A stretch of DNA of 63,807 bases, counting the filler, from Octopus bimaculoides (taxonomy: Eukaryota), in the NCBI RefSeq assembly GCF_001194135.2. It is 6 parts of 6 records of this genome, joined end to end, with 100 filler letters (N's around TTAATTAATTAA, not from the genome) between each part and the next. Parts side by side here need not be neighbours in the genome. Positions count along the whole stretch, not along the records: positions 1 to 7,056 come from NC_068985.1; positions 7,157 to 35,587 come from NC_068998.1; 4 more parts are not named here. One strand, given 5' to 3'. The notes beneath the pieces are model-generated. The model did no database searches, was not told the origin of the DNA, and worked only from the letters and a program-made list of their open reading frames with translations. Below are positions 1 to 13,942 of this stretch, in pieces. The position numbers were made by a program, and so were the translations under genes. Numbering within the stretch: the stretch's first letter is position 1; each line of letters opens with the position of its first letter.

Positions 1-39
<39 letters not shown>

Positions 40-74
40 CATATATAAATGTATGTATATTTATACATCGCTCA

Positions 75-1260
75 AACGTGGATGTAATATATCTTGACTT
101 TGCAAAGGCCTTTGATAAGGTCGATCACGGGATGATATGCTACTAGTTACGGAAACTCGACATTGAAGGAAAACTGTGATTGGTTACATGACTACTTAGA
201 AGAGAGGAGTCAAACGGTGGCAGTCAATGGTGCCCTCTCGAAGGAGACAGCACTAGAGAGTAGAGTACCTCGGGGAACTGTCTTGGGGCTGCTGTTGTTT
301 ATGTTGGCTCTCTCGAACATCTTTTATGCAGACAGTCAACTTACTAGCTATGCCGATGATAGAAATGTAGTACAATCTAGGAAACTTCCGATAATAATCT
401 TCTACAGAAAAACTTAGACGCCATATATTATATAAAAGAGCGGAAGAAAGCAGCATGCAATTTATTGCAAATAAATTCCAAGCCCTCTGCTATCGGCAAT
501 ACTTAGGACCAAAAGGAGAAGCAATCCTAAAGTCAAATACAGTGCGTGATCTGTGGACTTATACGAGCAACGATGCCACGTTTCACATGCACATCACCAG
601 GATAGTAGCAGTGTTCAGACGAATGGCCCGATGGATTCTGAGAACTCTCAGAACAAAGGACCAGGAAACTATGCTTGTTCTATGCAGCACATTAGTACTC
701 AGCCATCTGGATTACTACTCTCAACTGTTGTCACCCTACAGTGTCAAATTAATAACGGTATTTGAGGCAGTTCAGTGGTGCTACACCAGGAAAATTGCAT
801 CAATGGAACAGCTGAGCTACTGAGAGAGAATGAAAGATCTACGACTCTACTCTCTGGAGCGAAGATGGGAGAGGTAGGCAATGCTATCCATATGGAGGGC
901 CCTAGAGGTGTTGGCACCAAACTTTGGTATCAAGAGCTATACTAACCCCCGAACTGAACGTCACTGCACTGTTCCAAAGATCCCAGCTATGCCATCTAGA
1001 GTGAGGACCGTGTACTGCAGTAACTTGGGATTCAAGAGCCCATAGCTATTTAATGTCTTCCCAAAATATCTAAAGGATTTTAATGAAGTAAAAGAGGATG
1101 TTTTCAAGAAGCAGCTTAATCTCCTGTTGTCCAAGGTCCCAGATGGACTTATATCACGGCAGGAAACTCAAAAATGGGGAAGCTGTGTAAAATTCCTTCC
1201 TCCATCAAAAGCCAATCATATAAGAATGGCCATTGAAAAGGTATTGATACTAGCGGTGCT
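75..1260 (+). mobile_element. Degenerate CR1/L2-group LINE, reverse transcriptase C-terminal half and 3' end
   Basis: Translates in shifting frames to YLDFAKAFDKVDHG, GTVLGLLLF, YADD and SHLDYYSQL; many stops and frameshifts; same family as 28294-30165. Confidence 0.85.
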
Positions 1261-1321
1261 CCAATATGGCCACTGCCTTTGGGCTGAAACATATAAAAGA
1301 AACAAAAGAAAAGATGTGTGT

Positions 1322-1362
<41 letters not shown>

Positions 1363-3873
1363 ATAGTGTGATAGTGGGTGTTTCATATGTATGTATGTGT
1401 GCGCGAGAGTGTGTATGAAACCCCACTTTTGCCTCGCGCCTCCCTCCAGCCTTGGCATTCAGTTTCTTTATAATTAGCATATCTTTATTGCTCATCTTGC
1501 TGATAACATCGACGGGTTCTTAACAGTATTCTTTTTAGTCGTCGCGGAGACAAGCAAAAGAGGATGAATGCAGTATGAGACCACTTTGGAGTATCGAACC
1601 CTAGTTCTTGTGAGAGCATTTGTTTAGGAGAGGGTTGATAGGATTCCTTAGTTATGCTTGGGTGACTTGTGTACCCTACTCTACTGTTTTATGGGTATAT
1701 TTAGGAAAACAGTGCAATTGAAGTACACTCTGAGAAAAATACTAGTTGTGACGGTGAACTTTATGTCGGTTTCCGACAAACTAGATTTCCAGCAGCAATT
1801 TAATACACAACTAACCGCCATCCATATCACAGATACTGTTTCACCACTGTAGTCGAAGGACACAAAAGGCCATCAAGGTAAGCTGTAAAGTCTACCATTT
1901 TCGTCCACCAGTGCATGCAAACAGTTGGACAACTTGCTACTGGAAGACCCCATACAGCTGTCAGCAATTGAATATCATGCAATTGTCATGGTCTCTCAAA
2001 AGTTTAATCATGATCTCGCTTCCACGTCCAACAGTTTTTGCACCTTAGTTCTAACAAAATAATTTTTGTGTTTTGTATCGCAGAAATGATTTCATATTAT
2101 TTTCACCGCTATCACGTAGATCACGATGAGTTTTTTAATCGTGTCCTCTAATCAACTTTCTAGATTCCCCTTTTCTGTATCGCTACTTCTTTGCTATACC
2201 CTATCCATTCTAATGTAATAGTTTTTTCAGCTTTTTCAGCACCAGTTGTTGACGATCGCACCCTTAATTTTATATTTAACTAATTCGCTAGTCTGGTTGC
2301 TGTAGAAAATATCGACATCGTTGCCACAAAGTCATATTTTTAGGAGAGTGAAATAGCTGCTTCGTGATTTTAATTGTTAGACGTCATCATGCTGTGTAAC
2401 ATTCGACAATGGCGTATTCTAACATAAGCAATGAAACTAGAGACTTCACAAGTAAATTATGAAATCGCTATGAAATCGCTATGCAATCGCTCGACCCGTT
2501 AGAAATGGTAGCTACATTTCAAATCATACTCTGTTCGCTTAAAATAGAAGTTCATTTAATAATGTAGTCGCAGATAAACTATGGCTGAAGAAAGACTAAG
2601 TAGACCTATGGCTTGATAATATGTTTAATCTATCAGGATGGACAAAAGGCTAAACAGCAAACTGGGGATTAAAGAGAGTACGAGTGTTCATGACTTTCTC
2701 GAAAAGGATTATGTATATAAGCGAATTTGTTCCAAGTGAAAATCGAAACCGAGACCGTTGACTAACTAAAGTGATATCCTATGATCGCAAGTTCCATAGG
2801 AGTGGAATGAATTGTTGTAGACAACTCCTAGAGCGTGGCTTTCCGACCTGTGTGCCACCCAATTATATAGGTGTATTACAAAATTGTCCGAGACCACAGT
2901 TCTTTATGTCTGACTTATTTCATTCGCAGATTAAAATTAAATCATCGTTACCGATTTCGATCTTACTATTGGCTATATGACATTTAATTAATAAAAAAAT
3001 ATCTATAACATCTCATTTTCAGCTTAAGTGCTGCCATCGGGAAAAGGTTGAAAATTATTGGCCTAAGGACACAACAAACAACGTCAGTTATGACAAACAA
3101 AACGCACGAGTGGCCGCTGCCGTTTTTACCCGGTCAATATAAAATGGCCTTTATTTTGTTACAATTCAATCTAAATGTGTCCTTTATTTTCATTGAACAT
3201 GGTTAATGACACGTTCATGCCAGGCCACACACTTATATTGAATTATGGTAGGCTTACAATACATTATATGCTACACCTTAAGGTAAAGTTTGGGCAAGTG
3301 ATTTATAACATTAATCTTGTGGAGACTAGCATGAGCAGGTGACGATGAAACATAATAAGGTAGCATTCAAACGGTCAAGTAGCTGACCCACGCAATGTTA
3401 TAAAAATCTCAACAAATAAATGTATAAAATCATATCAATGGACACAGCTGACCTCGAGATTTTGGAGAGTAGTCCAAAGGTAACCATAAATGACTGATCA
3501 CAATACACACGCACTAAGAAATATATTTTGTGACAGATTGTGGGTAAAGACGGAGAGGAGCGGGAAATGAAGTCAGGTAGAAAGTGGAAGAGGGAGATAC
3601 GTTTCTGTTTGTACAGAGCTGTACTGGACGAGAATCATTTCTGAGAAATAAACGACCTAAACAATTGGCACTGCAATCAAGTTCAATCAATAATAATTAC
3701 TTTAAAGTAGTAGTTATCAAACAGGAAGACAGGAAGAAGGACGACATCAATTGAACTCGAGTAGGCTGCAACAGACAGACGCAGACGTTGTCCAATCCAG
3801 CCAACAAACATTAACGGTCACTTTGTGGAATCTAACAAATTTTACCTGACTACACTTCGAGATCTTCACTTCT

Positions 3874-3911
<38 letters not shown>

Positions 3912-5215
3912 NNNNNNNNNNNNNNNNNNNNNNNNNNNNNNNNNNNNNNNNNNNNNNNNNNNNNNNNNNNNNNNNNNNNNNNNNNNNNNNNNNNNNNNNN
4001 NNNNNNNNNNNTATATATGCAGGAAAACTGACATTCTTACAGATACATTCTGATGTATAAACATAATACACACCTATATTTATATATACCTACATACATT
4101 CCTATATTTTTGAACATATAACTCATACATGTATACTTTTATAATATATTACAGTCATACACACACACATATATAAAGCAAAGATTGTCTCTTTGTACGT
4201 TGACTGCTGAAAACACTAAATAAAATTATAATATTTCAGGGTTTTCGTGTCATTTCAATTAATTTCACCATTCCATAAATAACTGTGCGCTCATTTTCTG
4301 AAAACGGAAGGGGGAGGGGTAGTTGGTGGTGTATTGGGCCCTATTTCTAGCAATCCACATACAATTTCACCATAATGCTTTTTACATATCTACACAAGAG
4401 TGCCCTACCAAATTTGTTCCTTCATAACTTTAGGGAAAATGGATATCTTTAAATAAAATTTTCTACAAATATGCTTCTAATGGTGTAGATTCCAACTATA
4501 TCAGAATTTATAATACTAACAATACTTCTTTTTCAGAAAATGGGGAGGGAAGGGCCTTTGCAGTTACAGATAAGCACATCTCAACAGTTTTAATTTATAG
4601 AAAAGCACCCACTGGGGGTTGTGAAGAAATTCTTTTTTTCATACATTTTTTCCTGTCTTTCCATGCATCAAATTCATTGCATAGCCAATAACAGTGTATT
4701 TTATGACTATGGCTTTATCTGCTGATAGCCTCTAAAATAATACCCTTCCAGGTAAACTGGCGACAACAGTCCCAAAGACAGAAGCCAAATGTCTATGAAG
4801 TCCAAAGGTCTCCACAACACAACCGCAATTTCTAATGCTACGTCAAATGCCTGATTTACAGTTTATGCCAAGACACATTTTCCAGTCGCCACAAATCCAT
4901 CTTATCCTGCAAAACACTTTCACATTGACCTAGAATTGAAAGATCCTTTCTCTTACATGTATATGATTACAAGTAATCATATTTTTGATTGGTGAAGTGA
5001 AATTTGGTGACATATTGTAAATAAATGTTCAAAATTGTTATGCACTTATTGAAATACGTTTTTTAATCATCTTTTACTTTAAGGTAAATGGGCATTATGA
5101 TAGATGCCAATATGTGCCTTATGCATACATTTGAGCACCATACAGGTCAGGCCGAAGGGTGGGAGGCCCGCTAATAAGACATAAAAGAAAAACAAGGCAA
5201 AATGAATTTATGTAT

Positions 5216-5221
5216 TTTATT
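5216..5221 (-). promoter_or_regulatory. Candidate polyadenylation signal AATAAA of the minus-strand membrane-protein gene
   Basis: tttatt on plus strand, ~160 nt downstream of the candidate stop at 5384-5382. Confidence 0.3.
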
Positions 5222-5381
5222 GATGATGATAATGATTGTGATATGATGAGTGACAACATTTAGGCCAATACCCTACCAGAGGCTTGGTTTGTTGAGTCCA
5301 ACACAGAAGACAAAAATAAAGGATATGGATGGAGAGGAAATGAACCAGTGACGAATTTAATTGAGTTGGTTGTTTTTTTTT

Positions 5382-5403
5382 TCAGTTGTAGATAAAGTTG
5401 AAC
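5382..5403 (-). CDS. Candidate terminal coding exon (exon 4) of the PY-motif membrane protein, (R)FNFIYN*
   Basis: Strong acceptor ctcttttttcctttctttcatatttccAG|G; phase 2 matches the 11129 donor; TGA follows, then AATAAA. Other acceptors in the 5.7-kb intron cannot be excluded. Confidence 0.4.
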
Positions 5404-6829
5404 CTGGAAATATGAAAGAAAGGAAAAAAGAGATGTTATATTAATACCAAGAGGGCAAGCCAAAGAGAGAATATCAACATACAAAAAATAGCAATGAAAT
5501 CTTCAAACATAATCATTTCTAACAGGCACACAACCACCATAATAACCTTCTTCCATAGGCACAAGACTTTTGAGAGGATGAAAGGCAAAGTTGATCTCAG
5601 AAGGATTTGAAACACAAAAGTAAAAAAACTGGAGCAAATGCTACAAAGTCCAATGTCATAACAATTCTATTAATCTACTGGTCTATTAATAATTGCTTTT
5701 AATACAGGTACAAGGCCTGAAATTTAAAGCCAACCCAGTATTTGGCTGGTACTTAATTTTATTGCATGCAAAAGATTAAACAGCAAAGATGCACTCAGGA
5801 TACAAAGAGTCCTAACCAAATACCATAAAGAATTTGGTTTAATATTCATATAATTTTGCCAATCCACCCTATGATATTAGATACATTAGTGCAAACAAAG
5901 CAAGTAACTTCCTGGTTTCTTGTAAGTAAATGGCAATGTGCTGGACAAGTCCAGATATAGTCAAGCTGGAAGGAATACAAATACATAAGGCTGCATGTGT
6001 GCGTGCACACACACACACACACACGTACACCCATTGTCTTTCATGTACACGTACATACATAAATACATAGATACATTCATTGTGCAAGTGTATGTTTGTG
6101 TGTGTGTGTGAGAGTGAATATAAATACAGAGAGCTGAACACGTTCGCACGCACACATACACGTGTACCCATTATCTTTCATATACACGTACATACACGCG
6201 TGTGCACGCACGTCTCTTTCGCTTTCCACCGTCTTCAAAGTAAATATCGCCTTCGACGTCCTGAAACCAAAAGTAATTAAATAGAAAAATTTCACAGAAA
6301 CTAACGAACAAACAGCTGTAAACATTGGCAGATCTGAGACCAATAACGAATGATTGCCTACATTTGTATGTGTGTGTGTTTACGTCCCCTTAGCGGTTCA
6401 GCAAAAGAGAAAGATAGAATGGTTAATGTTTACAAAAAAATGTGTATTAATGGAATATGAAAATAAAAATTTGAGCTAACGAACCAGGGGGTGGGGTGGA
6501 GTGAGGACTTTCAGAAAATTCACAAGATCCAATGTTTTCCCTCATAACTTTTAGGAAAATGAATATCTTTTAATGAAATTTTATATAAATAACTTTCAAA
6601 CGGCATAGATTATGATTATAAAGAAATTTGTGGCGAAAATTGTTCCAAGGGGATGGGGGAGGGGACTTTCGAAGTGAAAGAAATTCACAAATTATTTTTT
6701 TTACTTGAGTGTAATGGAAATAAGTTAAAAAAAAATTTTTTAGATTCATCTATTTTTCATTTGAGTAAACAGAAAAAGGGGATCTAGTTTTTCTCATTCG
6801 CAAAATGAGCCCCTCACCCCGCCTTAATT

Positions 6830-7800
6830 TTACTCAGACTGCTTTCAATTTTGGTGTATCGATGCAACTCTGAATGTTGATCACGATCAACCAATTACTT
6901 TATCCCGTAAACTAAAGAATCTGATGTTGTTTGGCATTAAATTTGGGAAATTTGGGTAATTTTAGCCAATCAACAGACAGCGTGGCATTAGCAGCTTGTT
7001 GCCATGACAACCACACGCTGTGTTGTGGTTCACTGTTGTCTGTGCTGCAGTTGTCTNNNNNNNNNNNNNNNNNNNNNNNNNNNNNNNNNNNNNNNNNNNN
7101 TTAATTAATTAANNNNNNNNNNNNNNNNNNNNNNNNNNNNNNNNNNNNNNNNNNNNCTTTATCAGCAGTGCGAAAATGAACAGCTGAATTTAGGAGGGGA
7201 AGGGAGAGTCTTCAAGATGACCCAAAGATTGAACGTCCTGCAACTGCCATAACCAAGGAAAGCATTGATCCTTTTCACCACCTGGTGATGGATGACTGGC
7301 GATTGACTATAAATCAAATAGCCAATGCTATTAGCATTTCCCGCGAGAGAGTTGAGAATATTCTGCACAATGAACTTGGCATGACGAAGGTTTCTGCTCG
7401 GAGGGTGCCATGTCTTCTGACACCTGATCAAAAGCGCATCAGATTGATCACATCACGGGAAAAGTTGACACTGTTTGAGGCCGCTCCAGCTGGTTTCCTT
7501 GAGTGTTTCCTAAGCCAGGTTGAGTGTTGGGTCCTAAGCCAGGATAAGCGTTGGCTTCATCACTTTGAGCCAACGACAAAGAGACAATTCATGCAGTGGA
7601 AACACCCCTCCTCACCTGCTCCAAAGAAGGGCAAGGTGGTTTCATCTGCAGGGAAGGTGATCGCCTCAGTTTTTTGGGATGCGAAAGGCATTGTGTATAT
7701 TGACTATCTTGAAAAGGGTCGCACTGTCAATGAAGAGTATTATACCAGATTACCGAGGCGAGTTTTTGAAATGAAACAATTTTATTTATCTGGGCGCGCT
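6830..7800 (+). mobile_element. mariner transposase relic (irritans/Hsmar2-like), interrupted by an assembly gap
   Basis: ORF 7285-7821 has LGMTKVSARRVP, HHFEP, QWKH and SAGKVIASVFWDAKGIVYIDYL; truncated before the last catalytic Asp. Confidence 0.85.
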
Positions 7801-8149
7801 GAGGGACATTATGATTACTAAACCGAGCAGTTTTTCTACTACTCTACCTCAAATAGATGCAAACAAAATATTCTGTCAATGCTCTTCATTTCTTTGAAGA
7901 GAGTTTCGCTTTAAACTCTGCACCACGGTGAATCTGCCAAGTGACCCTTCTCTAGACCATTGTAGGTAACAGGATTCGATGTCCTTCTTTAAAAAGACAT
8001 TACCGCAATGATAAATACGGGATTGTACATTTGAATCTGTAAAGTTTTGATCCAACACTATGTTGTGCATTGTTTTTTTTCTGGGACTATGTTAATAGGA
8101 ATAACTCAGGACGTTATTGCCTAAACAACTTTGATACATGCACACATTG

Positions 8150-8211
<62 letters not shown>

Positions 8212-9244
8212 TTATGTATATATATATATGTGCATACATACACACACACACTTTTGAAACTATTTTATATAGCTTTATATCATTATATCATGCAATATAA
8301 AACATCGTATACATTTCGTTTTATTTTTACAATTTTTGTAGGAGAGACTTACGGTACATACATACAGCACACGGAACACCACAAGACCATCAATATATAC
8401 GAAAAAAAAAAGAAGTAAAGATAAAAAATGATAATTGTTAACTGCAAATGTGACACCATATACAGAATTTCAGGAAGACGTTGAATTATTTAGGTTTTAA
8501 GCTTTGAGCAACGACGTTGTAATGTATAATCGGTGGGTAAAAGTTCGAGAGGAATTTATTGCTATTGTGAATAAGTTTTATTGCTTTCAAAGAATACGGT
8601 TTGAAATGTCTTACATTCTCCAGTTGTTGGTAAATATGTTTCGTTTACACCACGTACTGGGGAATGAACGACAAGCGGCTGTCGTCATATATGATAAATC
8701 CCGAACAAATCACTGTGATATCTGTATCTATAAAGAAACATTAATCTTTTACTCTGTCGGAGTTAAATCATAGGATTTCAAAGGGAAGAAAGAGGGTCAT
8801 CAGTATCGATATGCGAACAGACGATCGGGAAATCAAAATCTGATGCAATACCCAATCGGCTACGGTGCTTCTAATTGTAAAAAAAAAAAAAAAAAAAAAA
8901 AAAGGACCTTTCATTATTTTTTTAACTCTTAATCATCTTTGGTCGAAGCATAGACAATCGAATCTACTACACTATATTACTAGTGTTAATCACTGGGGAG
9001 TTGGGGTGGATTGGAAGGTAAAGTTGATCTTTTAGAAAATATAAATTCAAAAATAACGTACCATTCCGACATCGTTAAGAGTTTCGTCTCATTCTCGGTT
9101 ATTTACAGTTCTAAGCAAACCCATTCACTCATCCATGTTATTATGGTGTAAGTGGTCACATGACACCATAACAGCTTTGGTTACCAATGATATAAAATGC
9201 TAGACATAGACATAATTATAGATGAAGGCACATTTGTTTTGCTT

Positions 9245-9862
9245 TTTGGGTTGTCGGAAAAATGTATTTGTTTCTTTCTAGTGTTATTTAAATTAACATG
9301 AAAAATGTCTTTATTGTAGTGTTTTATGGCATTTTTTATGTGGCTCTATTCTTCCTCTACAACTTTTGTTTATCGTTTTTGAAATTTAAATAAATTTTAC
9401 TTTTTTTCTGACATATGACGATGCAGTTTCAAGTAGAAGAGAAAAAGAGCATTTTCGACACCTGCTTCTTTTCGCTTTCAGTCCAGGTTCCAAAGTTGCC
9501 AAACCACCTCGAGACATTTGTGCTGTCCATAGAAAAAGCATTATTACTGAATGAACTGCACAGTGATGGTATTAACACTTCCAGGAGATTATCTCCTTTT
9601 CTGGCCACTCTCCAACAGTCTGCGAGGCGTTTCGTTCAACAACAATGTGGAGTTGAAAACGTGACTCGATGAATACTTCGAGTCAAGACCCAATGATTTC
9701 AACTGTCAATGGCATTAACAATCTAGCGCAACATTGGCAAGAAATCATGGACAATGAAGGAGAATATATTATCGACTGATTTGGTGAAATTGTTGATGAA
9801 AAATAAGGATTATAAAAAAAAAAAAAAAAAAAAAGAGGAACGAATTTATCTGATTACCCAAT
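9245..9862 (+). mobile_element. Internally deleted mariner relic
   Basis: N-terminus (EHFRHLLLFAF...) similar to the 37757-37984 ORF; C-terminal ...NEGEYIID; degenerate TIRs ttgggttgtcgg / ctgattacccaa. Confidence 0.65.
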
Positions 9863-11128
9863 GCAATAAAATGAAATGAAATGATTTTTTAGAAGTTTCA
9901 CAGTAATGGAAGGGAAAAAGAAAAGAAAAGAAAATTTTTTTGAGTTATTGACTCAAGCTGATCGGGTGCACGATATTAAAATTATCAAAATAATAAATTA
10001 AACAGTAGAACAGTAGAAAATGATAATAAAATAAAATGGAATTGTTATAAATTCTTTCGGAGAAAAGCAAACAAATATACAGAAAAGTAAAAAAGTTACA
10101 GATAGTTCATCGCTGATTTTTCACTCGTTATTTCTACCTAAAATGCATCAATAGAGAGGGTACCATAGCTCGATGAAGTGTCGTCCATTGTCTAGTATTT
10201 TTCAGACAGGTTGTCTTTGTATGTGATTTCGCATGGATATAGTTGAACACGATGTTTTAACCGCTGAATGAGAGATATGAAGGCACTTGGGATTTAAGAC
10301 AGTCGTTTAAATGAAAGGCTGGTGTCAGTGGTTGCTCCAGCTCAGAAGTAATCATACGCCACTCTGGAAATATATGTATAAAAAAACACACATGACAGCT
10401 GATTCGCAAGATGTTATATATTACAATTATAACGTTATGAAACAAAAAGCATTCCATCCGTATTCATCCAGTATTCCTAGGAGTATCTAAGACTATATTA
10501 TCTAATGTGTCCTTTCCATATTTAAGATGGTAGGGTGTGATGTAAAGGGGATTTGGCTGGTATTTCCAGCATATCGCTTGATCGCATGATTAAATACCTT
10601 GAGGGTTCTGCAGTAAGAAAGTATATGTAATGAGACTATATTAACTAACAATAGTAACAGGCGGTAATGAGTTTAGATCGATTTAAATGGTTTTTGAATT
10701 TTGTTGTGCGGAGACTGTAGGCTTTCAAGATCTCTGTAGACTCTCGTTCTTGGAGCTGCAAATGTTACCAATAGAATAACACTATATTTAACATAATTAT
10801 TTCAATTAGAAAACATTGTCCAGGCCCTGCAGCACTAACTTGTTACTATACAGAAACTAATTGATGGTAATTATTCTTTGCGATGAAGTCAGAATAAGGC
10901 GGAAATATGTTCAAAGTGGTCTTCTGAACTTGCCGGAAACTGAAGCTAATGTTGTTAGTCATGGACAAATATCGTTTTTTAATATCACATAATTATTCCT
11001 AATTAGCGTTTTAATCCTCATCCCCATTACCTGTGTTAAATATATCGTTTTATGATCACATAATTATTCCTAATTAACATTTTAATTCTCATCCTCCTTC
11101 TCTGTTAAATATATTAACAATAACTTAC

Positions 11129-11668
11129 CTGTATGACCGTTCATTTCTAACTGGTAAAGAGCAGGATGCATCTGCTGGGCTAGTTGGGTGGTAGTCTTCA
11201 GCATAACGTGTATAAGGTGGAGGAGCTGAAGCTAGAAAGTAAGGGTCAAGCACGTAGTCTTCATTGCGCATGTAGTCACGTGACGAGACGTTTGCATTGC
11301 TCCGTGTCAAGAGAAGAGGTGGTGGAGATGGTGGTGGCGGACCGGGGTAATAACTTGGACTGGCTTCTGTTATGTGGCTCGGTGGAAGAGATATTTGCTG
11401 AAAGCCTCCGTCAGCATCTGGCAGATTAGCAGCTTGTGTCTGTGACGAAGAATTCCATTGCTGTCCACCCTGGTTCGAGACTGGACTATGCATATGGGGC
11501 AACGAATTGACCATTCGAGGATGATATATATTAAACAGGCCGTTTAGTTCATCGCTGTTCCTTGTGTAAGCTGGATTTTCACCTCCAACGCCGCCGACGC
11601 CATCGCCAGTGGCACAACTGATCCCTATTCCACTCCTTCCTGGGTTTACTGCCTCTTCATTGCGAGAT
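11129..11668 (-). CDS. Exon 3 of single-pass membrane protein: proline-rich cytoplasmic tail with NPAY and PPPY motifs
   Basis: 540-nt open exon with acceptor tttctacAG|A (11670-11669) and donor AG|gtaagt (11128); phase 2/2; continues exon 2 in frame (RTR-SRNEEAVNPG...ENPAY...SAPPPYTRY...ERSYR). Confidence 0.8.
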
Positions 11669-11929
11669 CTGTAGAAATTAAACGAACTACAATTCAGTTG
11701 TGCAGATCAGTGTTATTGGCTTATTGCATTGATTAGGTAAACCCCAAACTCGCCTCTCTCGCTCTCTCTCTCTCTCTCTCTCCCCTTCTCTCTCTCGAAT
11801 TCACTCTCTCCCTCTCCTTCACTCTCTTTCTCTTTCTCTCCCTCTGCCTGCATTTACACAAACGTTTAAATGCTTACAGATTATTTTAAGGGTTTTCGAT
11901 AAGAAGGAGAAACAATACAATATATATAT

Positions 11930-12275
11930 ATAGGCACAGGAATGTCTGTGTGGTAAGAAGCTTGCTTCTCAACCACATGGTCCCGGGTTCAGTTTCACTG
12001 CGTGACACATTGGGCAAGTGTCTTCTACTATAGCCTTGGGTTGACCAAAGCCTTGTGGGTGGATTTGGTAGACGGAAATTGAAAGAAGCCCGTCATTTAT
12101 ATATATATATGTATGTATTTTTGTGCCTGTGTTTGTCCCCACCCCATAACTTCATAACCGATGTTGGTGTGTTTACGTCCCCGCAACTTAGCAGTTTGGG
12201 AAAAGAACCGATAGAATAAGTACTAGACTTACAAAGAATAAGTCCTGGGGTTGATTTGTTCGACTAAAGGCGTGT
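11930..12275 (+). mobile_element. tRNA-derived SINE (family A) in intron 2
   Basis: Head GTGTGGTAAGAAG...GGTTCAGT (A/B-box-like), body gggcaagtgtcttctactatagcc...ggatttggtagacggaaa; many copies in window. Confidence 0.75.
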
Positions 12276-12629
12276 GTGTATGTGTGTGTGTATGTAGCAT
12301 GTACATATTATATTGCACCACATGAAAGCCACTGATCTTGAGTGGCAAACTTGGAACACGACAACTGATTCACTTTCATTGTCATGTTGTTCCAGTAACC
12401 AAACACGTATTTTATTTGACAAGGAAAAAATAAATACAATTATTAATAAATAATTGCTAGAACGTTTGCAAAATGTTTTAAAGTTTATCATTTATTTCAC
12501 GTATCATGAACTGAAATGATTCACCTCCCTTCCTTTCTTTTTCCTGCATTTCTTTCTCCTCCTTATCCTCAACATCCTTACCGTAAAGAAATAAGTTCAT
12601 AGTTTAGGGAACAGATACATACTTTAAAC

Positions 12630-12979
12630 CGGTGATTCTCAACCAGGGTCCATATGACCTTAAGGAGTCAATATAAGATTTTGCGGGGTCCACGCAAGCA
12701 AAATAGCAAATTCGGGATCCGCAGCAGTTTATTAAGGGTCCATGAAATTTTTTTTTACTTTAGATGCATTTATTGCAAGAAACAGGTTTCTTTAGCAAAC
12801 ATTTTACATAGTTCAATCTACACGAGTTAATGTATGAAAAACAAAATAGGAATTTTGAAAGAAGTATCTATAAAAGTAGTTTTTAAACACTGAATGGCGA
12901 AAGGGGTTCACCAGGACAGAATAGTAATCAAAGGGATCCATAGATAAAAAAAAAGAAGAAAAATGGTCGAGAAGCACTG
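12630..12979. mobile_element. hAT (Charlie-like) MITE
   Basis: TIRs CGGTGATTCTCAACC / GGTCGAGAAGCACTG; perfect 8-bp TSD CTTTAAAC at 12622-12629 and 12980-12987. Confidence 0.85.
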
Positions 12980-13027
12980 CTTTAAACCATACATTAAAGA
13001 GACTCAATGACACCATCGTCTATTTAC

Positions 13028-13223
13028 CTGGTTCGAATTGGCGAATCTTCTGTACGTTCTTGTTTTCTACGAGTAGCCAAGAAACAGATAAGCATTGTTA
13101 AAAGAGTGATCAATACAATCACTCCGGTGACCCAAATGATTATCACTTCAGCGTCAACATCCCACATTGAATCAGAGTTTTCTTCTGTCTCGTTAGGTTC
13201 TGGAGCCGTGGACACAACTTTAC
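13028..13223 (-). CDS. Exon 2 of single-pass membrane protein: short ectodomain with NET sequon, TM helix VIIIWVTGVIVLITLLTMLICFLA and basic stop-transfer RRK
   Basis: Acceptor aacttttcAG|G (13225-13224), donor CCAG|gtaaat (13027); 196 nt, phase 1/2, in frame with exon 3. Confidence 0.8.
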
Positions 13224-13429
13224 CTGAAAAGTTCAATAAAAGAAACCGTTCTGAAACCTCGTTTAATTGTTTAACACCTGTTCTGCATAGAGCGACCACC
13301 ATACCTTAGTGAAATGGATTCGCAAACAATGAGAATAAGTTTTTCGACCCACTGAACTACCTGTTCATTGAATTAACGGATAAGTGGCTAATATTCCGCA
13401 GCTGACGGAATCAGTATGACATAGGTACA

Positions 13430-13600
13430 ATCCATCCGACGGGATTTCACAGAGTTTCCATCCACCCGATTTCATTCACAAGAATTAGACCCTACCTGAG
13501 GCTATGTTAAAAGGCACTTGCTCAAAATATCAAGCAGTGGGATCGAACCCGGAACCTGGTGATTGCAAAGTGAACTTCTTAACCATTCGGCCATGCTATG
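13430..13600 (-). mobile_element. Diverged family-A SINE fragment in intron 1
   Basis: Reverse complement of the SINE head (gaggctat...ggcacttgc...gatcgaacccggaacc...cttcttaacc). Confidence 0.6.
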
Positions 13601-13868
13601 TACATAGTCAATATGTAAGGCGAGGGTTTTTAGTTAAATGAATTTCTAACCTTAGTAATGGATTAAAAACCATTTTAATGACTGATTTTTTGGTCAAGAA
13701 GGCTATGGTGAACAGCTCCAGGATTAAAATGAATTAATATTAGAACGTAATGGAGAATTAGTCTTGTTTCTGGCAGTATGGTGACAGTCCCGGACATGTT
13801 CCAGTCATATTAGGACTCATCAGGTGTGTGCAGTCTAACTGTATTGCCATATCTTAAAATCACACACG

Positions 13869-13942
<74 letters not shown>

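Noticed and set aside
1560-2450. Unique-looking stretch suspected of being a decayed DNA transposon (also ~49300-49950, with an MQDNG-like string on minus)
   Set aside because: No TIR/TSD pair or sufficient motif could be established by eye.
7101-7112. TTAATTAATTAA island flanked by N runs, identical at 35632, 46814, 58354 and 60320
   Set aside because: Always centred in a ~100-nt N block and encodes stops in all six frames; a scaffolding linker, not biology.
11184-11429. Plus-strand ORF antisense to exon 3
   Set aside because: Shadow ORF of the GC-rich coding exon.
13786-13830. Minus-strand CTGATGA-GTC...GAC-tggaACATGTC hammerhead-like string
   Set aside because: GAAA is corrupted and stem I cannot pair; at best a dead relic.
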